From a virus: DNA of 64,000 nucleotides. The notes beneath the pieces were generated by a model. That model ran no database searches. It was given only the letters and a program-made list of their open reading frames with translations, and had not been told where the DNA came from. Numbering within the stretch: the stretch's first letter is position 1; the number at the start of each line of letters is the position of its first letter. The stretch lies in IMG/VR virus record IMGVR_UViG_3300011980_000002, positions 32,001 through 96,000 of that record; one strand, 5' to 3'. Shown in pieces: positions 62,602 through 64,000 of this stretch. A program made the translations under genes and the position numbers.

Positions 62602-64000
62602 ATGATGAATATTACTAAAGATAATGCAATGCTATTAGATATTCAATATGTAAGACCGAATAGAAATAAGAACTTAAAAGATTGTCTTTATTATATATAT
62701 AAGAATTTAGACAATGGCGAAAAATATTTAGAGATTAAAGAAGAACCTGAAATAGACATATATTTTACTAAACCAGAATATAGAGACCATAAATATCATA
62801 AAGATTATGAGCATTTAAGTAAATTAAATAAAGTAACTACAAAGGTTACTAATATAATTCCTACTATAGCAAAAGATGCTGGACCAGAAGCACAAGAGTT
62901 TTTAAGACAGATTTATAATTCTAAAGATTATAGTAAATTGAAAGAGTTTATGACATATCCTTATTGTTATGCAGCAGATTATGGTCCCCAATCATTTCAT
63001 AGAATAAAATGGTTAAATGAATTATCTAATAATAGACCTAAACCAATAACAAAAGGATTCTTAGATATAGAGACAGACTCTATAGATATAAAAGGATTTA
63101 CTGATGCAACAACTTGTCCAATAGACTTAGTTACTCTTATGGATAGTAATACTATGACGAGTTATACATTTGCTTTAGTAAATAGACAAATTAAAGAAGT
63201 TGAATTAACTTCTGATATGAAGAAAAGCGATTACAAGTATGAGATAGAAAGAAGAAAGTTATACGAGAGAAGACATAATAGTGAAAAAGAACTAATGGAC
63301 AATATTGATGACTTCATTAAAGAATTACATGATGATTTCGATGAATCTTATGGTAATATAGACTATAAATTTTACTTCTATGAAGATGAAGCTAAGATGT
63401 TAGTTCATTTATTACAATTAGTCCATTATCTTAAATTAGATTTTATACTTATATGGAATATGGGATTTGATATTCCATATATATTAAAAAGATTAGAGGT
63501 ATTAGGATTTAATCCATCTGATATTATGTGTCATAAGGATTTTCCTAATAAGCAATGTTATTATAAATATGATAAGCATAATTATAATCCTAAAGAGAAA
63601 TCTGAATATTTCTTTTGTAGTAGTTATACGATATGGTACGACCAGATGGCTTTATATGCATCTATAAGAAAAGGTGGTAAAGAAATAAGGTCATTAAGAT
63701 TAACCGATATTGGTCATGAAGAAATTAATGATGATAAGTTAGATTATTCAGAAGAAGGAGATATTAAGAGATTCTCTTATAGAAATTATAAGAAATATAT
63801 TAAGTATAATATAAAGGATGTTTTACTTCAATATGGTATAGAAAGAAAAGTTAATGATATAGACTTATTATATGTCTATAGTTATAATAATGGAACTCCT
63901 TATGAGTCAGTATTTAAACAAACTGTAAAGCTTAGACAATTACAATATATTTACTATTTAAAACAAGGATTAGTTCCTGGAAATAATATTAATATATTTA
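62602..64000 (+). CDS. Family B DNA polymerase, N-terminal 3'-5' exonuclease part (3' end runs off the window)
   Basis: The frame is open from the ATG at 62602 to the window end. Exo I FLDIETDS, Exo II IWNMGFDIPYIL, Exo III YNIKDVLL. Confidence 0.8.
   Translation, partial: MMNITKDNAMLLDIQYVRPNRNKNLKDCLYYIYKNLDNGEKYLEIKEEPEIDIYFTKPEYRDHKYHKDYEHLSKLNKVTTKVTNIIPTIAKDAGPEAQEFLRQIYNSKDYSKLKEFMTYPYCYAADYGPQSFHRIKWLNELSNNRPKPITKGFLDIETDSIDIKGFTDATTCPIDLVTLMDSNTMTSYTFALVNRQIKEVELTSDMKKSDYKYEIERRKLYERRHNSEKELMDNIDDFIKELHDDFDESYGNIDYKFYFYEDEAKMLVHLLQLVHYLKLDFILIWNMGFDIPYILKRLEVLGFNPSDIMCHKDFPNKQCYYKYDKHNYNPKEKSEYFFCSSYTIWYDQMALYASIRKGGKEIRSLRLTDIGHEEINDDKLDYSEEGDIKRFSYRNYKKYIKYNIKDVLLQYGIERKVNDIDLLYVYSYNNGTPYESVFKQTVKLRQLQYIYYLKQGLVPGNNINIF

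Noticed and set aside
1-64000. Search by eye for tRNA-like sequences (GGTTCGAATCC-type T-loops), rRNA, CRISPR repeat-spacer arrays, integrase/att sites, and reverse transcriptase or DGR template/variable repeats.
   Set aside because: None recognised. The only regularly repeated short elements are the promoter-like motifs, terminator hairpins and intragenic duplications listed above. A manual scan cannot exclude short or degenerate elements.

Overview
Strongly AT-rich, densely coding window that reads as part of a large (jumbo-type) virulent dsDNA phage, probably of a Gram-positive Clostridia-like host; the host guess rests on the lysin's GW/WY cell-wall-binding repeats. Recognisable core genes: an SF1 Dda/RecD-like helicase, a UvsX/RecA-like recombinase, the C-terminal half of a split multisubunit RNA polymerase beta subunit (a possible N-terminal half runs off the left edge), a T4-type large terminase interrupted by a group I intron carrying an HNH endonuclease, a PhuZ/TubZ-type tubulin, a two-subunit type II topoisomerase, a probable major capsid protein, an endolysin interrupted by a mini-intein at its catalytic cysteine, and the 5' part of a family B DNA polymerase. 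About 40 percent of the window is taken up by three lineage-specific paralog arrays with no recognisable function. Fam-A is five genes built from a repeated ~115-aa module (3396-7078). Fam-B is a tandem array of YdcK-like left-handed beta-helix proteins (25774-30135). Fam-C has 11 members spread over 40357-55320, next to the capsid gene and flanking the lysin; they share an N-terminal hhLE(D/S)G motif, an amphipathic helix and a Gly/Ala-rich hydrophobic helix. Each array contains one decaying copy (in-frame TAA, 1-nt frameshift, TGA replacing a conserved Trp). Two recurrent phage-specific upstream motifs, many strong hairpin terminators, and two long ORF-free, structure-rich intergenic regions (12892-13668 and 25154-25773) are also present. 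I saw no rRNA, tRNA or CRISPR array. All functional calls come from motif recognition by eye; no database search was possible.
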